Source: a bacterium (GTDB taxonomy: Bacteria; Myxococcota_A; Polyangia; HGW-17; JAJRWW01). From it: DNA of 64,000 nt. Under the pieces are notes generated by a model. It worked only from the letters and a program-made list of their open reading frames with translations. It searched no databases and was not told the DNA's origin. Position 1 is the stretch's first letter. Every line of letters starts with the position of its first letter. A program made the position numbers and the translations under genes. The stretch is from contig JBDRSE010000199.1 of NCBI GenBank assembly GCA_043825095.1, positions 11,842-75,841 on the forward strand, written 5' to 3'. Shown piece after piece: positions 52,699 through 62,800 of this stretch.

Positions 52699-54249
52699 CT
52701 ACAACGGAATGTTGCCATGGCGGCGCGGCTCGCGGCGCTCGCGCTTGTGCTCCAGCGCGGTCAGGGCAGCGAGGATCCGCTCCCGGGTTTCCGAGGGCTG
52801 GATGACCTCGTCAATGTAGCCCCGGGAGGCGCCCACGTAGGGGGAAGCGAAGCGGTTCTGATAGTCTGTCACGAGCCGCTCGTGCTCGGCGTCCTTGTCT
52901 TGGGCGGCGGCCAGATCCTTGCGGAAGACGATGTTCACCGCCCCCTCGGGGCCCATCACGGCCAGCTCGGCGGTGGGCCAGGCATAGTTTACGTCCGCGC
53001 CGAGATGCTTGGACGCCATGGCGATGTAGGCGCCGCCATAGGCTTTGCGGATGATTGTGGTCACCAGCGGGACCGTGGCCTCTGAGTAGGCGTAGAGCAT
53101 TTTGGCGCCGTGCCGGATGATCCCGCCGTACTCCTGCTGCACCCCGGGCAGAAAGCCGGGCACGTCCACAAAGGTCACGATGGGGACGTTGAACGCGTCG
53201 CAGAAACGCACGAAACGGGCGCCCTTGTCCGAGGCGTTGATGTCGAGGCAGCCGGCGTAGAACTGCGGGTTGTTGGCGACCACACCCACGACCTTGCCGC
53301 CGATGCGGGCGAAGGCGGTGATGATGTTCGGCGCGTATTTGGCCGCCACGGGCATCACGGTGTCGGGGTCCATGACCATCTTGACCAGGGGCAGCATGTT
53401 GTACACGCGGCGGACGTTGTCGGGCAGGTGGTTGGTCAGCTTCTCGCTGAAATCCTCCACCTCCGCCGGCGGATCGATGGAGGGCGGCTTCTCGTCGCAG
53501 TTGCTGGGCAGATACGACAAGAGCTTGCGGATCTGCTCGATGCAGTCCTCGTCGTTCTTGGTGGAGAAGTGAGCGACCCCGGACTTGCCGCACTGCGGCT
53601 TCACCCCGCCGAGGTCGTCCATGGACACCTCCTCGCCGGTGACGGTCTTGATCACCTGTGGGCCGGTGATGAACATGTGGCTGGTCTTGTCCACCATGAA
53701 GATGAAGTCCATCAGGGCCGGCGAATACACGGCCCCGCCCGCGCAGGGGCCCATGATGGCGGCAATCTGCGGCACGCGGCCCGACGCCTGGGTGTTCCGG
53801 TAGAAGATGTCTCCGTAGCCCTGCAGCGCGCCTGCGCCCTCCTGGATCCTCGCGCCCCCGGAGTCGTTCAGGGCGATGATCGGCGCGCCCACCTTGGTGG
53901 CCATGTCCAGCACCTTGCAGATCTTCTGGGCCACGGTTTCGCTCAGCGTGCCCGCGTAGACGGTGAAGTCCTGGGCGAACACGAAGACGGTCCGGCCGTG
54001 CACCTCCCCGTAGCCCGTGACCGCGCCGTCACCGGGCAGGTGACTCTTGTCCTGGCCGAAGTCGGTACAGCGGTGCACTTTGAACGCATCCACCTCGTGG
54101 AAGGTCCCCGGGTCGAGCAGCTTGGCCAGGCGCTCTCGGGCCGTCAGTACACCCTTGGCGTGCTGCTTCTCGACGCGGTCCTCGCCGCCGCCGGCCAGGG
54201 CTTCGGCGCGTTTGTCCTGTAGCTGGTTGACGAGCTCTTCCATCTTCAT
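52699..54249 (-). CDS. pccB: Propionyl-CoA / methylmalonyl-CoA carboxyltransferase beta subunit
   Basis: Start reset to ATG 54249 (MKMEELVNQL...). HAKGVLTARERL, VFVFAQDFTVYAGTLSE, IALNDSGGARIQEG, GPCAGGAVYSPALMDF, PIVTFVDVPGFLPG and IIRKAYGGAYIAM match acyl-CoA carboxylase carboxyltransferase subunits. No biotin-carboxylase partner gene is in the window. Confidence 0.92.
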   Translation of the reverse strand: MKMEELVNQLQDKRAEALAGGGEDRVEKQHAKGVLTARERLAKLLDPGTFHEVDAFKVHRCTDFGQDKSHLPGDGAVTGYGEVHGRTVFVFAQDFTVYAGTLSETVAQKICKVLDMATKVGAPIIALNDSGGARIQEGAGALQGYGDIFYRNTQASGRVPQIAAIMGPCAGGAVYSPALMDFIFMVDKTSHMFITGPQVIKTVTGEEVSMDDLGGVKPQCGKSGVAHFSTKNDEDCIEQIRKLLSYLPSNCDEKPPSIDPPAEVEDFSEKLTNHLPDNVRRVYNMLPLVKMVMDPDTVMPVAAKYAPNIITAFARIGGKVVGVVANNPQFYAGCLDINASDKGARFVRFCDAFNVPIVTFVDVPGFLPGVQQEYGGIIRHGAKMLYAYSEATVPLVTTIIRKAYGGAYIAMASKHLGADVNYAWPTAELAVMGPEGAVNIVFRKDLAAAQDKDAEHERLVTDYQNRFASPYVGASRGYIDEVIQPSETRERILAALTALEHKRERREPRRHGNIPL

Positions 54250-54431
54250 TGGGCACTCCTTGCGTGGTCGATTTGGCGCGGCCGTGGGCTGCACTCGGGT
54301 GGCCTGTCTGTAGCACGAACCGGCCGGGGAATTAAGCACTAGAGCGCTGATCGGTCTGGGGCCTTGACGGCGCACCCGCGATTGTCTACCGTGCGGCCGT
54401 TTCCACCAGGTGGATGGAGTGAGCCAGGACC

Positions 54432-54704
54432 ATGAAACAGATTGCACTTTTCTTCGTTGGTATCTTCTTCGCAGCGCTGCTGACGACGGGCTGCGAGCCC
54501 GAGACCTGCCGCGACTTCCGGGACCTCATCTGCAAGCACTGCGGCCCGAAATCCCAGGCCTGTAAAGAGGTCAAGAAACGCAGAGGGCGCGACGAGAAGA
54601 AGTGCAAGGCCGGCGTGGCTCACGTGAAGGCCCGGGTCAAGACCAAGCAGGGCAAACGAACCCTGTGTACCCTGCTCAACTCCGACCTCAAGAAGAAGAA
54701 GTAG
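54432..54704 (+). CDS. Small Lys- and Cys-rich lipoprotein, unknown function
   Basis: MKQIALFFVGIFFAALLTTGC (lipobox-like). The mature part is about 69 aa with 6 further Cys and a KKKK terminus. Confidence 0.5.
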   Translation: MKQIALFFVGIFFAALLTTGCEPETCRDFRDLICKHCGPKSQACKEVKKRRGRDEKKCKAGVAHVKARVKTKQGKRTLCTLLNSDLKKKK

Positions 54705-54862
54705 AAGAGCTCTCCGCTTCCTCCCTCAAGCACGGCCCGGGTGGGGTCCGGCGGCCCCCTCGAGCGCCGCGCCTCACGACGTCCCCTCCCTACGCGCACC
54801 TGGAGCGTTGAGACCGGGTCCGGTATCTGGACAGCGCGCCGCGGGCCGCGTATTGTGCTCGC

Positions 54863-56512
54863 GTGACCGAAACGCAGGCTAACGCACCGAAAAAACGACG
54901 TCCTCGCACGTGGTGGGGGAGGATCTCGTTGCCCACCCGCATCCTGATCGGCATGGCTGTCGGGGTGGTGGTGGGATTGCTGCTGGGCCCGCGATCAACG
55001 CTGCTCGAGCGGGACACCCTGGTGATCCGGGAGCGGGGCGAGACGCTGAAGACGGCGCCCGATCCCAGGGCGGAGCCGGTCAATCCCGAGGGTGAAGGGA
55101 CGCTGCTGCTCGAGGTGCTGGGGCGGGTGCAGGGCGTCGATGGGCAGCCGTACTACAAAGTTCGGTTCCGGCAGGAGGCACGGGAGGTCGAGATGGAGCC
55201 GGGGAAGGCGCGGACCCCGGGCAGGAAGATCGCCGCGCGGACCGTGGTGGCCTACCTCGCGGTGGCCGGGGCGCCCCCCCCGGTGAGCCGCTTCGGCCAC
55301 GCTCTGCTCGAGATATTGAATCCCTTTGGGCGGTTGTTCTTGCGGCTGATCAAGATGGTCATCGTGCCCCTGGTGTTTGTCTCCCTGCTCCTCGGTGTTG
55401 CGTCCCTGGGCTCGCTGGGCAAGCTCGGGCGGATGGGCGGGGTGACCTTTACCTACTTCCTGGCCACCACGGCGCTGGCAATCACCATCGGACTGACCCT
55501 GGCCAACGTGGTGAAGCCGGGGAAGTACGTAAAGCCAGAGGACCGGGACAAGCTGAGCCGCGCCTACGCGGAGAAGGCGCAGGAGAAGACCAAGTCCGAG
55601 GAGGCGAAGCAGGGCACGCTGAACCGGCTCGTGGACATGGTGCCCGACGTGCCGCTGTGGTCGGCCACCAAGCGGCACCCCAACATGCTCCAGCTCATTG
55701 TGTTCGCTTTCATCATGGGCATCGGGTTCCTGCTGATCCCGGCGGCCCGGGCGGCGCCGGCCCTGGCCGTTTTCGAGTCCATCAACGACGTGATGGTCAA
55801 GATCGTGGAGCTCGTCATGGAGCTGGCACCCTTCGGCGTGCTGGCGCTGCTGGCCGGCGTGGCGGGCACCGCCGGCGTCGGGGTGCTGGGCGCCCTCGCG
55901 GCCTACAGCGGTGTGGTGCTTGCGGCGCTCGCGATCCACACCGCGGTCACCTACAGCCTGGCGGTGCGGTTCCTGGCGCGCTACCCGCTGCGCCGCTTCT
56001 ACACCGGGATCCGCAAAGCCCAGCTCATCGCCTTTTCCACCTCCTCCAGCTCGGCCACGCTGCCGGTGTCCATCCAGGTGGCCCGGGAGAACCTGGGTGT
56101 GTCAAACCGGGCGGCCGGGTTCGTGCTGCCCCTCGGCGCCACGGTGAACATGGACGGCACCGCGCTGTACCAGGGCGTGGCCGCCGTGTTCATCGCGCAG
56201 GTCTTCGGCATGAACCTGACCGTTGTCCAGCAGATGGAGGTGCTCTTTACGGCGACCCTGGCCTCGGTGGGCGCGGCGGGCGTGCCCGGGGCGGGGATCA
56301 TCACCCTGGCCATGGTGCTCACCGCCATCGGCGTGCCCACCGCGGGCATCGCCTTGATCCTCGGTGTGGACCGGCTGCTGGACATGTTCCGCACGGGCGT
56401 CAACGTCACCGGAGATCTCTCCGCCACGGTGCTGGTGGCCCGGATGACGGGGGAGTTCGACAACGGCGTGCCGCCGGCTGACGCCCGGGATGGGGAAGGG
56501 GAAACCGGTTAG
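54863..56512 (+). CDS. Dicarboxylate/amino acid:cation symporter (DAACS, GltP/GltT family) with an insertion of about 95 aa in the TM1-TM2 loop
   Basis: GTG start. FLRLIKMVIVPLVFVSLLLGVASLG, SSSATLPV, GATVNMDGTALYQGVAAVFIAQ and AGVPGAGIITLAMVL match conserved DAACS hairpin and TM7-TM8 regions. Confidence 0.9.
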   Translation: MTETQANAPKKRRPRTWWGRISLPTRILIGMAVGVVVGLLLGPRSTLLERDTLVIRERGETLKTAPDPRAEPVNPEGEGTLLLEVLGRVQGVDGQPYYKVRFRQEAREVEMEPGKARTPGRKIAARTVVAYLAVAGAPPPVSRFGHALLEILNPFGRLFLRLIKMVIVPLVFVSLLLGVASLGSLGKLGRMGGVTFTYFLATTALAITIGLTLANVVKPGKYVKPEDRDKLSRAYAEKAQEKTKSEEAKQGTLNRLVDMVPDVPLWSATKRHPNMLQLIVFAFIMGIGFLLIPAARAAPALAVFESINDVMVKIVELVMELAPFGVLALLAGVAGTAGVGVLGALAAYSGVVLAALAIHTAVTYSLAVRFLARYPLRRFYTGIRKAQLIAFSTSSSSATLPVSIQVARENLGVSNRAAGFVLPLGATVNMDGTALYQGVAAVFIAQVFGMNLTVVQQMEVLFTATLASVGAAGVPGAGIITLAMVLTAIGVPTAGIALILGVDRLLDMFRTGVNVTGDLSATVLVARMTGEFDNGVPPADARDGEGETG

Positions 56513-56547
56513 TTCTTGGTGCAGGTCACGCTCAGCTCGTAGCCGGA

Positions 56548-56609
56548 CTCCTCCGGGGCGCCTCGCGACGCTGTGGGTGCTGCAAATATCACCCCCGTGA
56601 ACACATACC
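56548..56609 (+). repeat. Dispersed intergenic element, copy C (opposite genomic orientation to A and B, same orientation relative to the downstream gene)
   Basis: CTCCTCCGGGGCGCCTCGCGACGCTGTGGGTGCTGCAAATATCACCCCCGTGAACACATACC. It lies 36 nt after the DAACS stop and 47 nt before ATG 56657. Confidence 0.85.
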
Positions 56610-56656
56610 ATGTATGATATTGGGCGTTACACCACGTTGTCTGGGAGGTGTGCCCA

Positions 56657-58792
56657 ATGTGGCCGAAAACCGCTCGTTATGTCTCCATCGTTACACTTCT
56701 GGTGTGGGTCGGCGGCTGCGGAGGCTCTACGGGGGGCGACGTCGACGCGACAGCCGACGCGTCCGGGTTGGGCGACGCGGAGCCGGACGGCTCGACAGTG
56801 ACGTGGGAGGGAGCGGTCGGGGACGTCACCTTTGTCGGCCCCTGGGGCGGTGCGACGACAGTAATCGTGGAGGATCCGACCCAGGCCGGGCGTGTCTACG
56901 CCGTCGTGGGAGATCGGCCCTTCCGATCGGACGACGACGGGGCCACCTGGCAGCGGCTCGCAGACCCCCCGGCGGGCCGCGCGTTGAGCCTGTTGGTGCT
57001 TCCTGACGGGCGCGTGGCCATGGGCAGCGACGTCGACGTGCTGATCTCCGCGGACCAGGGCGACAGCTGGCAGGACATTACCGGGAACATGGAGGCCGGC
57101 CTTGGATACGGCATCATGGCCCATGGGCTCGCCTACGAAACCGGCAACGCCACGCGGCTCTGGGCCGCTTTGAACACGTACTCCACGGCCCCGCTGTGGT
57201 TTCTGCCCGAGGGGGACACCACCTGGCAGCCTTGGAACGCGCCCGCCGGTTGGGACACCAACCCGCTCAACGGTGCGGCCCTGTTCCGGTCCATCGATGC
57301 CCGGGTCGACAGCGGCAGCGGACAGACCTTCATCTTTACCACCTACGAGGAGAGCTTCGGCAGCGGGGGCGGTGTGTTCTGCTCCGTGGACTCCGGAGCG
57401 ACGTGGAACGACTGCTCGGGCAGCCTGCCCGCGGTGCCCTACAACCGGGTCCGCATCTTCGACGGGCAGATTGTGCTCGCCGGGGGTCAGATGTTCGGCA
57501 GCGCCTACGCGGGGGTCTACTACTCCGAGGACGACGGGGCGTCCTGGACCCAGGCGGTGGGCGGGTGGAGCGAGCCCGTCGGCAACGACTTCATCCGGCT
57601 GCAGTCGGGTGAATTCGTGGTGGCGACCTACGGGAACGGGATCCTGCGATCGGCCGATTTGACGGCGCCCTGGACCGCCTTCCCCGGCTTCGACGGCATG
57701 GAGGTGCATACCCTGATCGAGCTCGCGAGCGGGGAGCTCCTGGCCGGGCCGGAACAGCTCGGAGTCGCCCGGAACGCCGACGACGGCACGCCGTGGAGCT
57801 TCTCCTCCGAGGGGCTCGAACTGGCGGCGGTGGACAGCGTGGCCGTGGATCCCGCGGAGCCGATGTCGCTGCTGGCGGCCATGTCCTCGCTCAACTCGGG
57901 GCTCGTTCTGCACACCACGGAGGGGCTCGCAGGCTGGCACGTCATCGACACCTTGCCGTTCCCGCGCTACTCGCTGGTGCACATCTCGGGCAGCGGCCGC
58001 TGGTACGTCGTCTCCGACGGCCCCACGGGACAGGCGAACGACGGCATCTACCGCTCCGTTGACGGGGGCGGCACCTGGGAGTTCCTCGGGCCCGAGCAGG
58101 GCAGCATGATGGACCACGATCTCATCGGGATCCTGGAGCTCGAACAGCCCCAGCGCCTCGTCACCGCGGGCCAGTACTGGGCCGGGGGAGAGCGGCGGCC
58201 CTTCCTGTTGGAAACCACCGACGGCGGCGCCACCTGGAGCCAGCTCTGGCTGGGGGAACCGGATCACGCGTCGTCGGCCCTCGTGCGCTCCCCGGAGGGC
58301 TCCTACCTCATAGCGGTGCAGAACGAGTCCATCGTGCGCGTCTCGGCCACTGGTGACACCAGCGAAACGCTCACCATCCCGGCCGTGGTGGATGGCCAGG
58401 TCACGGCGTTGGCAGGCTGTGAGGCGAGCGCGGACCGCCTCGCGGCCGTCGGCCTCGTGGATGACCAGACCTACGACTTCGGGGTCTTCTACTCGGCGGA
58501 CGGCGGCACTACCTGGTCGACCCTCGACTTCGCGCCAAATCCGAACGAGCGGCCCCGCTTCGTTGCGCTGCACCCCCACGACTGCTCCCTGGTGTTCCTG
58601 TCGACGTCCGAAGGGCGGCTCCTCCACTCCTCGGATGCCGGCCTGAGCTGGACCGACCTGGATCTCGGCGCGACCCTGGGGATCACCGGACTGCGCGTCG
58701 TCCCCGTGGCGGCGAACCACGAGGCCGTGCTCCTGGTGTACGGCACCGGCGGCGCGGTGGCCGTGCGGCTCACGAGCACGCCGGTCGACTGA
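56657..58792 (+). CDS. BNR/Asp-box repeat beta-propeller protein (sortilin/Ycf48-like), probable lipoprotein
   Basis: Signal: MWPKTARYVSIVTLLVWVGGCGG. There are multiple S-x-D-x-G-x-(T/S)-W Asp-boxes (SDDDGATWQ, SADQGDSWQ, SVDSGATWN, SEDDGASWT, SVDGGGTWE, TTDGGATWS, SADGGTTWS, SSDAGLSWT). Confidence 0.8.
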   Translation: MWPKTARYVSIVTLLVWVGGCGGSTGGDVDATADASGLGDAEPDGSTVTWEGAVGDVTFVGPWGGATTVIVEDPTQAGRVYAVVGDRPFRSDDDGATWQRLADPPAGRALSLLVLPDGRVAMGSDVDVLISADQGDSWQDITGNMEAGLGYGIMAHGLAYETGNATRLWAALNTYSTAPLWFLPEGDTTWQPWNAPAGWDTNPLNGAALFRSIDARVDSGSGQTFIFTTYEESFGSGGGVFCSVDSGATWNDCSGSLPAVPYNRVRIFDGQIVLAGGQMFGSAYAGVYYSEDDGASWTQAVGGWSEPVGNDFIRLQSGEFVVATYGNGILRSADLTAPWTAFPGFDGMEVHTLIELASGELLAGPEQLGVARNADDGTPWSFSSEGLELAAVDSVAVDPAEPMSLLAAMSSLNSGLVLHTTEGLAGWHVIDTLPFPRYSLVHISGSGRWYVVSDGPTGQANDGIYRSVDGGGTWEFLGPEQGSMMDHDLIGILELEQPQRLVTAGQYWAGGERRPFLLETTDGGATWSQLWLGEPDHASSALVRSPEGSYLIAVQNESIVRVSATGDTSETLTIPAVVDGQVTALAGCEASADRLAAVGLVDDQTYDFGVFYSADGGTTWSTLDFAPNPNERPRFVALHPHDCSLVFLSTSEGRLLHSSDAGLSWTDLDLGATLGITGLRVVPVAANHEAVLLVYGTGGAVAVRLTSTPVD

Positions 58793-58891
58793 GCCCGAGC
58801 AGCGACCGAACGCGGGCAGGGCGTGGCTGGGGCTTGACGCCGCGCGACCACCGCCGGCACACTGGAAGGACTCGACCCCCGGGAGATCGAC

Positions 58892-59797
58892 ATGGGACGT
58901 GTGATCGGTTCTACAGCGCTCGGCTTGGTCGTCTTGCTCTGTCTGGGCGGGACGGCATGCGTCGCCGAGCAGCCGTCGCAGACGCGGCGGGCCATCCTGG
59001 ATGGCGAGAGGACACTGCCGGGGCAGTATCCCGCCACGGGGGGGCTCGTGTTGGACGGAGAGATTTTCTGCACCGGGACCCTGGTGGCGTCGAACGCGGT
59101 GCTCACGGCGGCGCACTGCATCGACCCCGTGGACCTGGGAACGACGCTGCCGAAGTTCACGCTGGTGCACGACGAGGCGGACATCACCCTGTTTAACGTC
59201 TACCAGGGCAGGGCCGTGCGGATCCACCCGGGCTACGTGCGGGACAGCGGCGTGACCTCGCCGGGGCTGGTGAACGACATCGGGATCCTGCTGCTGGTGA
59301 TGGACGTGGAAGACGTGACGCCGGAGCTGATCGCCACACCGGAGGAGGCCGCGGAGGCCCTGACGGCCTTTACCGACATGGAAATCGTGGGCTACGGATG
59401 GACGAGCATGGACGAGGCGGAGGCGGGAGTGAAGCACCACGGCGTCACGCCGCTGCGGGTGGTGGGCGCCTGGGAGCTGCAGCTCGGTTGGCCCGGTGGG
59501 CCGCAGCCGTGCTACGGGGACTCGGGCGGCCCCATCTTCTACTCGCTGCCGGGCGGGGATAGACGCATCGTGGGGGTGGTGTCGCGCGGCCCGGGTGAGG
59601 AGCCCGGGTGTGACGACGGCGCCATCGCCACCCGCGCCGACTCCTACGGCGATTGGGTGGAGTCGGTGGCCGGGGAGGGAACGGGCTGCGCGGTGGCCGG
59701 TCGCTCGCCCGCGCCCCTCGGCACGGTCCTCGTGCTCCTGTTCGGCGCGGCGGCCCTCGGGTGGGGGCGACGGCGGCGCTACTCCGGCAAGCCGTAG
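58892..59797 (+). CDS. Trypsin-like (S1) serine protease with MYXO-CTERM-type C-terminal sorting signal
   Basis: Catalytic triad contexts: LTAAHC, NDIGILLL, GDSGGP. The C-terminus GCAVAGRSPAPLGTVLVLLFGAAALGWGRRRR shows Cys, a hydrophobic helix and an Arg cluster. Confidence 0.88.
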   Translation: MGRVIGSTALGLVVLLCLGGTACVAEQPSQTRRAILDGERTLPGQYPATGGLVLDGEIFCTGTLVASNAVLTAAHCIDPVDLGTTLPKFTLVHDEADITLFNVYQGRAVRIHPGYVRDSGVTSPGLVNDIGILLLVMDVEDVTPELIATPEEAAEALTAFTDMEIVGYGWTSMDEAEAGVKHHGVTPLRVVGAWELQLGWPGGPQPCYGDSGGPIFYSLPGGDRRIVGVVSRGPGEEPGCDDGAIATRADSYGDWVESVAGEGTGCAVAGRSPAPLGTVLVLLFGAAALGWGRRRRYSGKP

Positions 59798-59822
59798 ATC
59801 TCCACCGGCCGCGCTCTTCTTA

Positions 59823-62800
59823 TTACCTCACCGCGAAGCCGATGGTCTGGAGGGCTGGAGAAATGGGGCCCTGCGCCAGGGGGGCGATGCGAGGGGCTTG
59901 GAACCGGCTCCTGCCGCCCACGTGGGGAACCAGGTTGAGCAGCAGCCGGCGGTCGGCCCGGTGGCGTGGCAGATGGAGGCTCAGGACCCTTCCTCGGAGC
60001 TGAACCCGGTAGGCGCCGCTGTCGCGGCGGAGACGCGCGAGGGCGCCCTTGACCGGCCGGACATTCGTGGGCAACCCAAGGGCGATGACGGTGCCGCCGT
60101 GGCCGAGGGTCGCCGCGACCTCCAGGATCGCGAAGAACGGCCGGCCGAGGGTCGCCGTGCGCGGCGCGAGGAGTCGAACCCGGGGGCGGCGCGCGGGGGG
60201 TCCGGGTTTTGTCGACGGTCTGCGAGCCCCCTTGCTCCAGCGGCGCTCCTCGAGACGTACCGCCACCTTCAGGCGCCCGGAGTAGCGCACCTCCACGCGG
60301 TTGCGTTTGCGGGCGAGCAGGCCGGACAGGCGCAGGTGTCGGAGGTTGATCGCGGAGCCGTAGGGATCCCGTGGATCGATCTCGATTTTACGGACCACCT
60401 TGCCGTTCACCAGCACGCTGACCCGAGCGCTGGCCACCTCCCGGCGGGATCCGGCGCCCAGCTCCAGCAGGGCGCGGATCGTGGCCGCGGTGCCCCGTTC
60501 GTTGTGCCAGGCGCCCCAGCTGTGGCGGCGCTCGAGCAGGTAGCGGAGGCCGCTCCGGATGTGCGACCGAAAGGCCGGGCGATCCAGGCGCGCCAGCATC
60601 GTGAGGGCCGTGGCCGTGGCTTCGAGGGTGCCTCCGTAGGCGCTGAACCAGCTCGGCTCCCAGTAGCGGCGCCCCTTGAGCTGGAGCAGCCGCTTTGCCC
60701 CGCGCACCAGCCAGCGTCGGTGCGCAGCGCTGAGCTTCCGTTGGACCACCACGGTGGACATGAACTTCTTTGCGCCCCGGTGGTAGATGTGCTGTCGCCT
60801 CTGCGTGAGGCAGCGCGAATACAAGGCGTGCAGTCCCTCGAGGGCCGCAGCCACGGTGCGCGGATCTCTGCTCTTTCCATCCACGAAGGCGCGCATCTGC
60901 TTGGCCACCGCCACGAGCCGGGAGTTGGGTCGGAACCGGCACTTCAGGTGGGAGGCCCGGGCCGCGGCGCGGAAGATCTCCGCCGACAGCCCGTTACGAA
61001 CGTCGCGGCTCTTGCCCTCCCAGAAGGCGGCCCGCGAGGTGTCCCACAGTCCGTCCGCCGCGCGGTACGTGAGCAGATACCATGCGGCCTCACGGATTGC
61101 TTTCGCTGGAACATCGATGCCGACTCGACGCAGATCGAGCAGTGTCTCCAGCACGTAGGCCGTGTGATGGGCGTCGTCCTGGCCGTGGCGCCAGTAGGAA
61201 AAGGCCCCGCTGGAGCTCTGCTGCTTGAGCAGCCACCGCGAGCCGCGGATCAGCAGCTCCACGAGCTTGAGGTCCTGCTCCTTGCCCAGCCCGAAGCGGG
61301 CCTTGTAGCGGAGCACCTGGGCCACGCTGCGGAGCACCGACGCCGACGTGTCCCCGCCGAGGCTCGGGTGCTGGATCACCCGTTGGATCGACTGCAGCAC
61401 CGGGATCACGTTGGGGAAGTCCAGCTTCAGCGTGGCCTGGAGCGCCTGGTCGTTCGGTTTCCGTAGGATGTCCCAAAGGGCCGAGCGTCCTTTCTGTACC
61501 ACTCCCCGGTGTGTTTTCACCGTGGGCGGGCCGCTCGGCAGCACCTCGAGCGTGCGCTCCAGCACGTCCCCCTGCTTGCCCTGCCAGGCGCCGATCTTGA
61601 GCGCCGCGGCGCCGACACCCGTGGCGCGAATGCGGATCCGGATCGGCACCTCCTGGCCCACGGGCACCGTGACCAGCGTCGGCATCTTCAGCACTGTGAG
61701 CCGCTGCGTGGAGATACCGATCTTGAGCTGCAGCGGTTTGGCCGTGTAGTTTCGCAGCAGCGCCAGCACCTCGAGCTCGTCCGAATCGACCATCTTCGGA
61801 GGCAGGTCCAGGCGGATGGCGAGGGGCTGGACCACCGTGACAGTCTGTCGGAGCACCCCAACGCCGCCGCGCTTGTCCGAGGCGACCAGGATCAGCTCCT
61901 GGTTGGAGATGGTGTCCGGGAGCTGGAAGCGACTGGCCAACAGGCCGCCCCGGGCCCGCAGGGACGGCGCCCAGTAGGAGGACGGACGGAAGCGCTTGCG
62001 CACGGTGAAGGTGGGAGGGGGCCCGCCGGAGCCGCCGTAGCCCAACCCGCCGATTCCGTAGGCGCCCCCCGACCCCGACCCGCTGCCGCCGAAGGAGCAC
62101 TCCTCGTCGTCTGTCTCTCCCTTGGCTGTACCGTTCCCACTGCCCTCCTGGAACGGGAAGGGGGGCAGGGCGATGTCGTGTTGGTTACAGCCCCAGGTGC
62201 GGGCGACCACCGGCCAGGTCAGGATCTTCGCGCCCGTGGTCGCCATGACCCGGAGTTGGGCGTTGTAGAAGATGGAGCCCGGCGCCACCTTTTTCAGGGA
62301 GTCGCCCAGGGCGAGGATGTTCTTGTCCACGAGCATCGCCCCCACCAGGGCGTCCCGGAGCTTTCCGTCGGGTCCCCGGACCGACACGCCGTACCGGACG
62401 GGTGTGCCGGGTTTGGCTTGCCGGGGGACCCCGGTGAGCGTCAGCTTCAGCGCCTGGTTCGGATGCACCGTCACCTGCTGGCCCTCCAGGAGCAGCCCCG
62501 CGATCCAGGACGACGTGGGCTTCCGCTTCCGGCGGAAGTACTGAAGGTGGCTCTCCCGGGCGCCCACGGTGAACATCGTCAGCAGCATGGAGCCCCAGGA
62601 GGGCGCGCGAAATCTCCCTTTGGCCACCCACCGGCTGCCCTGGCGGCGGATGGGAATGGTCACGGCGGCCACGATGGCGCCGGAGAAGTCGGTGACGTCA
62701 CAGTGGAGCACCTTCTCCAGGGGGCGGAAGCCCTTCCGGAGGGTGACTGTGATCGGCACCCAGCCGCCCTGCACGACCTGGGCTTTGCCGAGCACGGAGT

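Noticed and set aside
52444-53085. ORFs 52318-53085 (+) and 52444-52671 (-) in the spacer between the MopE-like gene and pccB
   Set aside because: They overlap the repeat element and the pccB 3' end. They have low-complexity Pro/Arg/Gly products and no RBS or motif support.
56627-59440. 937-aa minus-strand ORF opposite the BNR and protease genes
   Set aside because: It is antisense to two motif-rich genes (Asp-boxes, catalytic triad). Its product has no motifs and an Arg/Gly/Pro-heavy composition, so it is a GC artefact.
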